IMG/VR virus record: IMGVR_UViG_3300032024_000077
Span: 1 to 59,096 of that record
Direction: 5' to 3' (one strand)
DNA length: 59,096 nucleotides
DNA from: a virus
Lineage: Duplodnaviria > Caudoviricetes
This document shows, in pieces, positions 18,716 to 29,900 of this stretch. The stretch's first letter is position 1. Each line of letters starts with the position of its first letter. The notes under the pieces are model-generated. The model was not told the DNA's origin, ran no database searches, and saw nothing but the letters and a program-made list of their open reading frames with translations. The position numbers and the translations under genes are program-made.

Positions 18716-19456
18716 TCACGCCACCACGATCCCATAGTCCGCGAGCAGGTGAGCGACGTACGCGAGTCGTTCGGCGGTGGTCAGCACGTGATCCGCTTGC
18801 AGGATTTCGGCGACGTCAAACAGGCAGTCCTTCGTCGGCGTCGCGTCGATGCCGCCGAGGTAGAGCGTCGTCGCGAAGTCGACGGTGTTGGTTCCCGCAA
18901 ACGCTGTCGCGCCGACCTGCGTCCCGTTGACGAACACCTTGAGCCCTGTCGGGTTGACCGACGTGACCTCGTACACGCACCACGACGCGAGGGAAGTGCC
19001 GGGGTCCGCGAACATTTCTCGGCCGCGGCCGCTACCCCAATTCTCGTACACGATCCCCGTTGTGAAGGGAATGAGCGCGGCGATGCCCGTGCTCATCGTC
19101 CACGGCTGAGCGTGGTCGCTGTTGAGTGCCGGATCGTTGTCGACCTTGAGCACGACGAAGGCGTGACTCTCCGTGAAGGCGCCCAGCGGATCGCCCGCGA
19201 TTGCCACCACGTCGCCGCCCGCAAACCGAATGCGCGGGCCGTCTAGTGGACCGCCCGTGGCCACGGCTGACGGCTGCTTGCCGCCGGTCGCCTGTACCCA
19301 ATCGGCGCCCAACGTCCCGCGATCAGCGATCGTCGCGAGCGCGCCGACTGTCTCACCCTGGGCCTGCCAGAAGCCCGTCTCCCCGCTGATCCAATCGATC
19401 GACCACGGCACAGCGACGGTGGGGGCTACTACAGTTACGCGGCGGCGTTGTCGCAT
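18716..19456 (-). CDS. LamG/ConA-like virion or receptor-binding protein
   Basis: Beta-rich sequence, KVFVNG, YLGG, AEIL...YGI. Confidence 0.6.
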   Translation of the reverse strand: MRQRRRVTVVAPTVAVPWSIDWISGETGFWQAQGETVGALATIADRGTLGADWVQATGGKQPSAVATGGPLDGPRIRFAGGDVVAIAGDPLGAFTESHAFVVLKVDNDPALNSDHAQPWTMSTGIAALIPFTTGIVYENWGSGRGREMFADPGTSLASWCVYEVTSVNPTGLKVFVNGTQVGATAFAGTNTVDFATTLYLGGIDATPTKDCLFDVAEILQADHVLTTAERLAYVAHLLADYGIVVA

Positions 19457-19463
19457 CTTTCCC

Positions 19464-19835
19464 TCACACGTCCGTACCGACGTCGGCAGAGTTCTTCGTC
19501 ACATCAGCGACGATAGTGATTTGTCCATAGAACGGCGTCACGACTTCGCCACCAGCGTTTGTGAGCTGTACGTCAAAGTACATCTTCTGACCAATCGCCA
19601 TGTTGGTTGTATCTCCCGGAAGGAGCGTGGCAAGAAATCGGCCAGCAGTCGCCAGCTTTACGATCCCACCCCAGGTGCTACTCAACCGAAACAGCGCAGC
19701 CGAATCGGCGTCGTCTGGGCTCGTCTTAGCTGTGAGTCGAATCAGAAACGGCGTCAGGTTGAGCGCAACACCGTCCTCCAAAATCTCAAACGTGAGGTTA
19801 TGGCTATCGCCGCGCCGTAACTTGAGCTTGATCAT
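19464..19835 (-). CDS. BppU-like Ig-fold tail protein
   Basis: RRGDS, LNLT, YFDVQL...VT pattern. Confidence 0.55.
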   Translation of the reverse strand: MIKLKLRRGDSHNLTFEILEDGVALNLTPFLIRLTAKTSPDDADSAALFRLSSTWGGIVKLATAGRFLATLLPGDTTNMAIGQKMYFDVQLTNAGGEVVTPFYGQITIVADVTKNSADVGTDV

Positions 19836-19851
19836 TCGTGCGCCGCCGTCC

Positions 19852-20250
19852 TCAGTGAGATGACACGTAAAGCTCAAAGGACGTAGTGTCGTTGTCAGTT
19901 TCATGGACAAGGTAGAGGGTTTCTCCGGTGAGACGTTCGGGCAGCTGGAAGCTCATCGCCTCACCGACCGCGAGCCGCTTCCCCAACGTGGGTCCTGGGC
20001 TGCCAGTGGCGGCCGGGGCGACGGTTCGATCGACCTCCAGACCCGTAGTCTTGGTGACGAAGAACCAGACACTCTTGGCGGCAGTGCCGTACACCTGCAT
20101 GGTCACGTAGCGCCCCGCCCAACCGTCCGGGAGAGCGAGCTGCTCGTGCGTCAAGTTGGAGTCGACGAGCAACAGGTCGCTGTCCGCGACGCCGTCAGCC
20201 GACTTCGGCGCGGTGATGTGGGCCGCTTTGTCCTGATAAATCTCGCTCAT
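19852..20250 (-). CDS. Hypothetical virion protein
   Basis: Located in the structural run, GGAG RBS. Confidence 0.55.
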   Translation of the reverse strand: MSEIYQDKAAHITAPKSADGVADSDLLLVDSNLTHEQLALPDGWAGRYVTMQVYGTAAKSVWFFVTKTTGLEVDRTVAPAATGSPGPTLGKRLAVGEAMSFQLPERLTGETLYLVHETDNDTTSFELYVSSH

Positions 20251-20292
20251 CTCACTGCTCCAGTATAGGTCATCCTAGCCGCAACAGCACCG

Positions 20293-22764
20293 TCAAAGGT
20301 CGCTGGGTTCCATCGTTTGTTGCGCCGTCGTATTGAACCGCGTCACACGGCCCCTGGTTGTCTGCGTCACACGGCCCCGGCGTGTACCGCCACCGCCCCC
20401 AGAACCGCTCACAGGCGCATCCGGAGCCAGGCGTGCCGCCCAGTGCCCCTGAGCGAACTTGATCGCTTCTGGACGCATTGACGGGTCATACGACTTGCCC
20501 GTCAGCAGTGACGCCTGAATCCTGGTCTTGTAGGGCATTTTCTGCCCTTTCTCGGCCAATTTCAGCGCCTGCAAGTCGAACTCTTTTTCGACCTGATTCC
20601 GCGTCTCAGGACGCCGTTCTCGCAGGATTTCGGCCGTTTCCGGCGCCGGCAGTTCCTTTTTCGAGCCGACCTTTTCGACTTCTTTCAGCGGGTCGGCGAG
20701 CGCGTTTGAGATACGCACGAACTTGGCCGCAGCGGATGGCGGCACCGCCTGCGATCGAGCGGTGGCGGACTGGAGTAGGAAGTCGAGATCTTCGCCGACG
20801 TCGAAGCTCGGCGGTACGCGCGATGCGAGCCACGCCAGGTCGTTCGAGTACAGCTCGGCCATGCGGCGCGCTTGGTCCGGGTTGACGCGCGCGAGCGGGG
20901 CCAGGTTGTTCGCCAACCGCATCAATGTCGGCTGCGGGTTCGTCACGGCCTGCTTCGCCGCGTCCGTCTTCTCGTGGTAGTCTCGCGTCAGCGCCACGAG
21001 CCGGCCCGGCGTGCCGGGCGTGATCTTGACGGGGGAGCGTTCGGCAGCCGACTTGATGGCTCCGGAGATCGTGAAGCGCTTCTTGGTGGCGACGTTCGCG
21101 GCCGAATCGGTGGCACGCGCCATCCCGGCGGCGAATCGCTCGCTGCCCCTCAAGTGCCGCACCGCTGCGTGCGCGCCAGCGAGTACCGCGCCAATGCCCG
21201 GCGTACCGAACGCGAGCCCGCCTGCGCCTAGAGTGGCTTCGTACGGCGTCAGTCCGCTGACGGTCTTCGCCTGCGTGCTGGCTGCCGCGTCGGTGATCGG
21301 CTTGCGTACGGCGGCGAACGCCTCGTACGTCGCATCCAACTTGCGCAGCTTCGTCCCAAGCTCTGGACTCACCTCGCCGATTAGCTCGCGGATCTTGCTC
21401 TTTAGGTCCCCGCGCAGCATCGCGGTTTCACTGCCGCCAATTGAATCCGGCTTAAGGCTCTCGGCCTTCTTGCGCAGATCCATGTCGAGCGAGTGCAAGT
21501 CGTCAATCGTGCGCGCCTTCTGTAGCGGCTCAAGCCAGCTGCTTTCCAGATTGCGCGCAACCTTCGCGTACTCACCGCCCTTGTCGTACAGCATCGCGGT
21601 GCGATCTGTCAGCGTCCTGACGACGGCTTCCTTGCGCATGAGCTGCGAAGTTGACGAAAGCGCGTCTACTGCATTGGCAGTCGCGTGCATGTTAGGCATC
21701 TTGCCGAGAAGCGCGTCTGCTTCCTTGTAGACACCTGGAATGTGAACGTCACCCAGCTCTTTGAGCGCCTTGTTGAACTTGTCGGCTTTTGAAACAAGGT
21801 CTTCAGCGCCTGCCGCCCACACGCCCTCTTTCTTGATGATGCCGGTGTCGAGCACCTCGCGCATCGCGCGATTGAACTTCTCAACGCCAATGTTTTTGAT
21901 CTGGCCGGGCGAGATGCCCATGGCCTTGCCAGCCCAGGCGTGCGACTCTGGAATTCTACCAGCAAGTGTTGCGGTAGCGGCGTCGGCGCCGCTCAGCCCG
22001 CGCATCAGACCACGGTAGGTGTCTGCTCCACGCTTCGCACCACCACGCACGAGCCCACGAGCGCCGACGACACCGGTACCGGCGATAACACCGAACAGGC
22101 CGCCCTCGCCCAGCGAACTAGCGAACGCCTCGGCGTTAAAGTCCTGATTGCCGCGCGCCTGTCGTGCCAGCTCATTACCGGCCGCGTACGTAGCGCCTTC
22201 AATTCCTGAGGCGACGCCAAACTCGGTGACGCCGGCCAGCGCTGTCGGTACGCGCGACGCCGCAGCTGCGCCCAGCCTGGACGCGCCGGCAGACAGTGCG
22301 ACAGCCGGCCCCGCGATTCCAGCAGCAAGCCGTCCCAGCGGGCCACCAGCCAGCAACGGGGCGCCAAACCCAACACCCTCGCCAACTGCCTTCGCAATCG
22401 GCGTACGCGCCTCAATCTCAGCGCGCTCCTGCTCGTCCACGAAACGATCTGTGACGAGCCGTCCACCGGGCAACGCGTCACCCAAGCCGAGCGCGGCGCC
22501 GCCTAGTACTTGCGAGACGGATGGTGCTTCCCGCCGAGCAACCTCTACCGCCTGTTCGTTCGCTGTGACTGGCCGCCAGCCCTTGGCGATCTGCGCCGAT
22601 GCGTGCTCGGCCGGGATATCCCAACCAGACCCATCCGGGGCCGCGAACGGAATCGTCTCGCCCTTACGCCAGCGCGCGCTGCCCTCTGCGATGGCTTTCG
22701 ACAGATCCGCCTCCGGGATGGGCGTCCCGTCCTTGTAGTACGCCTGACCCTTAGGCGGCGGCAT
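20293..22764 (-). CDS. Putative internal virion/DNA ejection protein
   Basis: 823 aa, Ala/Gly-rich helical, typical podovirus position. Confidence 0.6.
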   Translation of the reverse strand: MPPPKGQAYYKDGTPIPEADLSKAIAEGSARWRKGETIPFAAPDGSGWDIPAEHASAQIAKGWRPVTANEQAVEVARREAPSVSQVLGGAALGLGDALPGGRLVTDRFVDEQERAEIEARTPIAKAVGEGVGFGAPLLAGGPLGRLAAGIAGPAVALSAGASRLGAAAASRVPTALAGVTEFGVASGIEGATYAAGNELARQARGNQDFNAEAFASSLGEGGLFGVIAGTGVVGARGLVRGGAKRGADTYRGLMRGLSGADAATATLAGRIPESHAWAGKAMGISPGQIKNIGVEKFNRAMREVLDTGIIKKEGVWAAGAEDLVSKADKFNKALKELGDVHIPGVYKEADALLGKMPNMHATANAVDALSSTSQLMRKEAVVRTLTDRTAMLYDKGGEYAKVARNLESSWLEPLQKARTIDDLHSLDMDLRKKAESLKPDSIGGSETAMLRGDLKSKIRELIGEVSPELGTKLRKLDATYEAFAAVRKPITDAAASTQAKTVSGLTPYEATLGAGGLAFGTPGIGAVLAGAHAAVRHLRGSERFAAGMARATDSAANVATKKRFTISGAIKSAAERSPVKITPGTPGRLVALTRDYHEKTDAAKQAVTNPQPTLMRLANNLAPLARVNPDQARRMAELYSNDLAWLASRVPPSFDVGEDLDFLLQSATARSQAVPPSAAAKFVRISNALADPLKEVEKVGSKKELPAPETAEILRERRPETRNQVEKEFDLQALKLAEKGQKMPYKTRIQASLLTGKSYDPSMRPEAIKFAQGHWAARLAPDAPVSGSGGGGGTRRGRVTQTTRGRVTRFNTTAQQTMEPSDL

Positions 22765-24746
22765 CAGTACTTCCTTACGGCGCCCTCAGGGGCCTTTTGT
22801 TCGTTTGCGTAGCCCGAGCTAGGCTGAAGCGGCGCGCGGTACAGCGTTTTCTTCTCCGCCTCGACGCGCTCCATCGCCCCTTCTTTGATCTGATCGAGCT
22901 GAGCTGTGGCGTTCTCCTTGAATCGCCACACGTTCAGAAACTCTTCGGCCGTCATCGGCTTGTAGTTCTCAATTTCGCCCGCAGTCAACGCTTCCTTGAT
23001 GAGCGAGCCCTTCAAGTAATAACGGTTCTCTGCGATGAGCGTCTCCAGCTTAGCTTTGTCGCCGGTTGGTAAGCCCGCCGCCATTCCTTTTTCAGCGAGC
23101 GTGCGAATCTTTTCCAGGTTCCTAAGGTGAAGCGTGCCCGTCTTGATCGAATTCTCAGCCTCTTTGGCGCGCGTCTCCGACGCCGCGTACATGATGGTCC
23201 CATCTGGCAGCTGTACTTGCAGCTGTCCAACGAACTTCTGTAGATCAGTCTCGCCGCGCGTTTTGCCAGTTGCCGGTTTCTTGTCCGGCATCTCCTCACC
23301 GCGTTGAAGCGCCATGATCTGATCCGTCGTGAGGCCATACTTCTGGCCCAGCTTGAGCCGGTCCAACATGCTGCGCTTGCCCGGCGCCGAGTAGCCGCCC
23401 TTGACTGCTTCCTTGTGCTGCCACGATTCTGCGATACGGTCGGCTTCGGCCTGCTCAGCGCTCTGTCGCAACAGCGCGTACTCGATACCGAGCTGGCCAG
23501 CAACGTCGAGGTACTTGATCCGCGTTTCCTCGGAGGTGACGCGCGCGGCCGCCTGGAGAACGGTTGCCTGTGTGGCCTGCGTCATCAGTGCCATAGCAGA
23601 GTGTTCGGCCGCCTCGGGCGACAAGTACGTCGAGCGCATTTGCCCGTACGCGCTGAGCATGTCTGCGGCTGTCTGGTGGCCGGCCTCTACTCGCATTTTC
23701 TGCTGTTGCAGTGCTCCGGTCAACTCCATCTTGATTCGCTCGGCAACAGTGTCCGGCGAATGCGTCAATGCGCTGGCCATGGCGCTGAGTCCAACGATGA
23801 TCCGCGTACCAAGGTTTTGATTGTTGAGGTACTCGCCCATGATGTCACGATCCGCCATGTTGTTGACGCGCGCGATGTGACTGTCAAGGAACTTCATGCG
23901 TCCCTGAAGTTCCGCCTCCTGCGCCCGTTGGCGGTTCCGAATCGACGCAACTTCCAGAGTAGCTTCGTCGGCAGCGCGTGCGTGTGCCAGCGCGACCTGC
24001 TCCAACTCGCCGGGCACCGCTCGCGCGCCTTCGTTTTCGATGTTTGCGCGATTCGCGAATGCCGATTCGATCAAGCCCATCGTCTCAGGACTCGTCTTGA
24101 CACCCTTCTGGACTTGAAACGACTTCTTGATGTCGCGCGCTGGGCTACCTGGCGAGTAACCACCCGACTTGTTTGCTAACTCGGCGGCTAGAACAGCACT
24201 CGCCATGTCGCCGTTATATGGCGTAGCCGTGGGCGAAGCGGCCGCTGCGGGTGCGCTTGCTGCCGCGACGGTAGGCCCCGGAACATCACTCGGAGATAGC
24301 GCTAGCTCCGCCGGGTCGATCCTGGCTGGCGCTGGCGGCGGTGTGAAGTTGGCGTCGCCCGGCCCAGGCGTGTAGTTCAGTTTCGGTGCAGCGGTGCCGG
24401 GGCCTGGCGAGCTTGCGCCAACGCCAGATGTGCCGCCAGCACCCTGCCCAGCGACTGCGCCTGCCGAGAGCGGTTGCGGCCCCGGCCCGGGCACGTATTG
24501 ATTGAGCGACAAGCCGTCAGGCAGCGCTTCCGGTGGGGGTGCGAGCTGTGGCGCAGGCGTCTCCGGCGGAGCGAGCTGCGGGGCCGCTACGGGCGGCGCG
24601 GACGTCCCCGGCATCGTCAACTGCATTGGTGCAGGCGCGGCCGGGATTAGCGAAGCTGCCGACTCCGCCGGCACCACGAACGAAGGCACGCGCCCAGTGT
24701 CATCCGACACCAGTACGCTGCCATCAGGATTGCGGGTGAGAGCCAT
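22764..24746 (-). CDS. Putative internal virion/DNA ejection protein
   Basis: Pro/Ala-rich N-terminus, coiled coil. Confidence 0.55.
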   Translation of the reverse strand: MALTRNPDGSVLVSDDTGRVPSFVVPAESAASLIPAAPAPMQLTMPGTSAPPVAAPQLAPPETPAPQLAPPPEALPDGLSLNQYVPGPGPQPLSAGAVAGQGAGGTSGVGASSPGPGTAAPKLNYTPGPGDANFTPPPAPARIDPAELALSPSDVPGPTVAAASAPAAAASPTATPYNGDMASAVLAAELANKSGGYSPGSPARDIKKSFQVQKGVKTSPETMGLIESAFANRANIENEGARAVPGELEQVALAHARAADEATLEVASIRNRQRAQEAELQGRMKFLDSHIARVNNMADRDIMGEYLNNQNLGTRIIVGLSAMASALTHSPDTVAERIKMELTGALQQQKMRVEAGHQTAADMLSAYGQMRSTYLSPEAAEHSAMALMTQATQATVLQAAARVTSEETRIKYLDVAGQLGIEYALLRQSAEQAEADRIAESWQHKEAVKGGYSAPGKRSMLDRLKLGQKYGLTTDQIMALQRGEEMPDKKPATGKTRGETDLQKFVGQLQVQLPDGTIMYAASETRAKEAENSIKTGTLHLRNLEKIRTLAEKGMAAGLPTGDKAKLETLIAENRYYLKGSLIKEALTAGEIENYKPMTAEEFLNVWRFKENATAQLDQIKEGAMERVEAEKKTLYRAPLQPSSGYANEQKAPEGAVRKY

Positions 24747-26926
24747 TACAGATCTACCTCAGCGCGACGGCGCTTTACCTTTTTAGGTGCGGTCTTCACA
24801 CCCCGGCGGCTAAGCTCGCCCGCCACTGTCTCATCAGTTGGGCGCATGTACGGTCGCGCGTCCGGCACAAATCCATGCAGTTGTTCGAGCCGATCCTGTC
24901 GGCGCTGCTTGACATTCATGCGCGTTTCGAGCGCTTCGCGCAGTGCCGCATAGTTCTTCTTGGGATCAGCGCCCTGGCTGATGTTGTGAACGGCGCCAGC
25001 GATCTGCTGCTCAAGAATCGAGTCCAGCTCCAGGTCGACCTGCGCTTGGGACTCGGGCGACAGCGCCTTCTCCGGCTTGAAGAACTGCTTCGGCGCCTTG
25101 CCGGCTTCTGCCATAGCTTGCAGCTCACCTTGTCGTCGCGTATCCGGCACCGTTTGGTCGCGCCTGCCGGTGACCTCAGCGCCATAGTTGTCGCGGAGCA
25201 CCGGAGCTGCGCGGCCAGTAACGCTAGGTGCGCGTGCGCTGTCAGGGACCAGCCCGCGCCGCAGGCCACCAGGCGCTTCCTGTCCCAAGTCGGCGCCGTA
25301 ACTGGCTGGTTGGGTCATGCCCAGGTCAGTGAGGGCTTTGTAGCGCTGCCCAGTCGGCTGCGCACCGGGCGGTGGGCTTTGATCTGGCTGCGGGGCTGCT
25401 TGCTGCGCCGGTCCGCCCATCACGTCAGCAGCCACAACACGCTTCCCGCGCGCGCCCGTACCAGACGCGCCCCGAAGCGCCATCGACTCTAGCGCGTCCA
25501 GCCGCGCACTGTCCTGTTGCTGCTTACGCGCAACGTCCGCGGTGACGGCGATATTCGCCATTACCGCTTGGCCCCCATTGACGCGATCCAGTCCGTTTGG
25601 ATCTTTCTGTACCGTTGGTGCATAGATGGGGTTGTCCGCCAACGAGCCCGGCGCACTGCTAGCCATCGCACCAACGCGCTTGTCCGTTGTTACACCCTCT
25701 TGCGCAGCAAACTCAGGCTTATATCTGAACTCGTACGGTTGTACTTGCGCAGCTGTAGCTGAAAGTTGGCCTACCGGTTGTCCGCCGGACTTCATGTCCG
25801 GATCGCTGCCCGGCTTACCGCCCCCGAACATTCCACCGATGAAGCCCATGACGCCACCCTGTCGCTGCGCTTGCTGCTGCGGCGGCGGCTGCAATCCGGG
25901 GTACTGTCCAGCTGAGGCGCCAGAACGCCCTTGGGCCAGTTCCAAGTCGATCTGCGTTGGGTCAACGAACTGACTGTGCTTTTGTGCAGCTAGCGCAGCT
26001 TGCTGCTCCGCAAACCAAGCGTTGAGCCTGCGCTGCGCGTCCGCCTCGGCGGCTGTGGCGGGACGTTGCTGCGGACCTACATCGCGCGGTTGTGACGCAC
26101 CAAGACCGACTGTGCCGCCGGCCATCGGGTCTGCGAAGCGCGGGTTCACGCCGCCAATCGGCTCGATGTTCTGCTTCATGGTGACACCGCTGCCAACAAG
26201 ACCATCACCCAGATTAGACATCGCACCACGGAAAGTGCCGCCCTGAAACAGTCCAGGCTGCGATTGCGCCTGATACGGCTGCTGACCGTACGGTTGCTGA
26301 TAGCTACCAACGGGAGCCGCGTCGGTTTTCACTGCTGGATCTGAACCCGTGAACATTTTCACGATAGATCCGACGCCCTGCTGACCGCGCTCCGCATTTC
26401 CCTGCGCCGTCTGCGTGCTGGAACCCAGCTGCGCCGTGCCCATCTGGACGCCCATTTGACGAGACTGCAAGTCTGCTTGACGTTGTGCCTGCAACAGCGC
26501 TGCATACTGTTGCTGAGCCGCCAGTTGCTCTTTGGCGCGCAGCTCCGCGGCGCCCATCCCTAGCCGTGCGGCTGTCTGCGCACCAGTACGCCCAGCCAAA
26601 GCCATGTTCGCGCCACGACCGCTCGCGGCTACGGCCGTGCCGGCGCGTTGTGCGGCGGCGAGCGCTGGCGCGAACAGTGACGGACCCTTCCCCTGTGCTT
26701 GCTGTCGCAACAGTGCAGCGTACGCACTCTGTTGGTCGCGGATCTCCAACTGGCGCAGCTGATCGGGAAAGTCAAAGTTGCGATCAAACTGCTGCTTTGC
26801 CGCTTGGCCCAGCAGCATGTTGCCGACCTTTTTGCCGTAGCTCTTGATCTCACCAGACGACGGGCCGGGGGTCGCGTCCGTGATTTTAGTTTCGTACTGT
26901 TGGAGTGGGTTGTCGCCTACGGGCAT
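24746..26926 (-). CDS. Putative ejection/pilot protein with a peptidase S74-like autocleaving domain
   Basis: Gln/Ala/Gly-rich; GSDPDMKS...YEFRYK...VGAMA followed by a coiled coil. Confidence 0.55.
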   Translation of the reverse strand: MPVGDNPLQQYETKITDATPGPSSGEIKSYGKKVGNMLLGQAAKQQFDRNFDFPDQLRQLEIRDQQSAYAALLRQQAQGKGPSLFAPALAAAQRAGTAVAASGRGANMALAGRTGAQTAARLGMGAAELRAKEQLAAQQQYAALLQAQRQADLQSRQMGVQMGTAQLGSSTQTAQGNAERGQQGVGSIVKMFTGSDPAVKTDAAPVGSYQQPYGQQPYQAQSQPGLFQGGTFRGAMSNLGDGLVGSGVTMKQNIEPIGGVNPRFADPMAGGTVGLGASQPRDVGPQQRPATAAEADAQRRLNAWFAEQQAALAAQKHSQFVDPTQIDLELAQGRSGASAGQYPGLQPPPQQQAQRQGGVMGFIGGMFGGGKPGSDPDMKSGGQPVGQLSATAAQVQPYEFRYKPEFAAQEGVTTDKRVGAMASSAPGSLADNPIYAPTVQKDPNGLDRVNGGQAVMANIAVTADVARKQQQDSARLDALESMALRGASGTGARGKRVVAADVMGGPAQQAAPQPDQSPPPGAQPTGQRYKALTDLGMTQPASYGADLGQEAPGGLRRGLVPDSARAPSVTGRAAPVLRDNYGAEVTGRRDQTVPDTRRQGELQAMAEAGKAPKQFFKPEKALSPESQAQVDLELDSILEQQIAGAVHNISQGADPKKNYAALREALETRMNVKQRRQDRLEQLHGFVPDARPYMRPTDETVAGELSRRGVKTAPKKVKRRRAEVDL

Positions 26927-26928
26927 GA

Positions 26929-29900
26929 TTATTTACTCTGCGCTGCGGGCGTTCGCCGCGTCCCAGCCGCTTGGCCTACTTCGTACGTTTGACCCTGTAA
27001 AACAAATCCCGTTTGAGATGCCGCCGCGACTGTCAGCGCGCCGACCACGCCGCCTACCGCAAAGCCGATTACGCTGTTCAATGTAGACCCGTTGGCTACA
27101 CTGTCTACGGCCAAAAAAGACCCTAAATCCGTGTCACTGAGCTTGCCAATTACCTGCAAAATGATCTGATTGCTGCCGCCCACTGAGGCACGCAGATAGT
27201 TTTCGTTACCAATCGCCGCAATCGCTGTGTTCAGATCCCCGGCGATCTGAGCTTTCGTCCGCGTGCCGCCCGTTACGGTCAGCGGAATGTACGAGCCAGC
27301 GGACGCGAACTTGACGCGCAGCACCGTGCTCGTGCCCACAACTACCGAGGCCGCCGTGTCCGTCGCCACCAACCGCCGAACCGGCTCGTCCTCGTCAAGT
27401 GTCAATCGAATGGCCGGCTGCTTCTTGCTCAGGTGGCAACGTGTTTTAGTGATGCCATCCCAAGGCTCGATACTACCCAATTCATAGTTCGTCCAAAAAC
27501 GCTGCAACGTCGTGCCGCTGTCGGCGTGGTTGAAATCAAAGGACGCTTTAACCCCAAACGGAAACAGCGCCGGAGCAACTGTGTACGATGCCCACGGGTT
27601 CGGGTTAAACAGCCCCAGCCAGTGCCGAATACGCTTATAGCCTTGGGGACGCCCGAAGTCGATCCAGCCGAACTTAAGGTGTTGTCGATAGGCGTACGCT
27701 GTGACGTAGGCCGTGCCGTTGCAGTCAGCGCCCAACGTCAAGTCTTCGCGCAGTATCCTGCCGTCGTCAGTCAGGATATAGATGCGGTCATCGACAACAG
27801 CGATGTCTGCGATTAAGCCCGCCGGGAGTTCAAGCGAGTGGTCGTTTAGTGAATAACGCCACGTAGCCCAACGGTCAGCCTCCCAATCGTACACCAGCAC
27901 GTCAGCGTTGTACGTTCCCGACCCGCTCAACGACGCCGTGTTCGCCATCACGAACCGCGCTTGGGACAATTGCTGTACGATCGCGGTCGACTTGACCGGA
28001 CGCGCTGTCGCGCTCGTGTTTACGTGCGGCATTGGCTCCAATGCGCGCCCGCGATTTAACAACATCATGCCAGACGGCGCCTGGAAAATGACGCCTTTGG
28101 GAATGACGGCCACAGCTGGCGACAGGCAGCCAACACTGGTTGAAATTGGTACTACCTGGAAAAACCCGCTGGCCGCGTCGCCAGTTGCGTTAGGGCCATC
28201 GCCGTAAATAGCGTACACACCGTTCTTGCACAGCACAACCAGCGCGTCGTCGAGTGACGCCAACGCCACAACTTCCTGTCCTGCAACACGAACTTGCTGA
28301 CCAAACGCAAACTCAGCAGAGCGCCCATCTGCGCGTTCCTTCGAGTACCACAGCACGTCAGCCTCATCGCCGCCACCGACCCACAGACGATCCTTGTGAA
28401 CTGCGACAGTGGAACAGCCACCGTACGGAGGATCGTTATCCAGTTCGCCAGAATCATTGTAGATCAGCTCTAGTTCACTGTTGCCAAATGGACCAGTCAC
28501 AGTAACTGTAATAGGCGACAGCGCATCTGGTTCACACACGTAGGCGTTCCACAACGCCGGCGAGCCATCGTTTGAAAACTCACCGATGCGGTGCAAGTCA
28601 TCGCCACCAGGCGTCGCAGAAGCGTACAGCACCGCGATTGTTCGTGGTGTCTGGATCGTTTGGCCGGAACCGTACGATCGCGTCGTTACCGTGTTTGGCT
28701 CGATGTACAGCGTCAGCGTGTCAGTCGGCGCGGCGCCTAACGCAGCGTCGCCGCCCAACGTAATCGACGCAAGTGCAGATGTTGCAGACTTGGTCCGCTC
28801 ACCGCCGGCGCTAACGCTTTCCCACACTACCTGAAAATGGATGAGCTTCTCAGCCCACTCCACGGGCCAGCCCACGGCGCCGGACGTAACACAGCTAATA
28901 CGAATTGACGGCTGTGAAATGTAGTTGTCTTCGTGGTGGCGGTCACCGTCCCACTGCGTCAGAACACCGCCGGCGCCGTAGGTGGACTGCCCAAACAGCG
29001 CGGTTTGATAACGGCCGTAGCCTGCGCGAAAGTCAGCGCTCTCGGTATCGCGAACGCACACGTCCCACGGCCCGCTTTGCAGCTCAGTTGGGATGTAGCG
29101 AATGTTGATACAGCACCGACGACCAAGTTTTTCGACCGCTACCGCTGAGTTAGTCGCGGTTCCGTGCGACACGCTACGCGGCACTTGCGCTTGCCGCAGC
29201 GGTACGTAAACGTAATTAGTGTACGAAGCACTGAGCGGCTCGGCAAGCGTGTACCCAGCCGTAGTTGCGATCACCTGCGCAGCCGGGGCTGCCGCAGGCA
29301 CGACAAAAGTCGGCACAGAAGGCGGCTCGGCAAAGCGCATTAGCACCGCTGTCATGTCAAACGTGATAAGAGACGGGCTAGAGCCAACTGTCGACACCAC
29401 CGGATCTTGGTAACTAAAGTTGTCGTAACCGCACCACGCCAGGTAGAAGCCATTGCTACGGTCCTTCCACGGCTTTGACAGCAACCACGGGCCCCGCTTT
29501 TGATAGAGCGCCGATAGCCCAGCCACAGTATCGACAACACGCCACCGAACGAGTGAACGTTCATCGAACCCCGGAACGCCGGAAGGCCCGACAGTGGGCG
29601 CGAAGTTTTGCGAATGGAACAGAATTGCCTGATTCGCAACCTCGTGAAAACAGATACCGGATACCCAACCTTCCGCAGAGATGTCAGCAACACCGACGTC
29701 AGCGGCCCCGCACCACGTTGTTTTCCCAAGCGTCACAGCACCTGTCGCGGTCGCCAACGCGGCGTAGCTCCAACCCGGCGCCTCTGCTGCGATATTTGGA
29801 GACCACCAGTTAATCCAGGTTACGCCACCGTACTCGTAACACGAGATAGCGCGCGCACCGGCGTTGTCGGCAATTGTTTGCGTCCAAGACGTTGTCAGCG

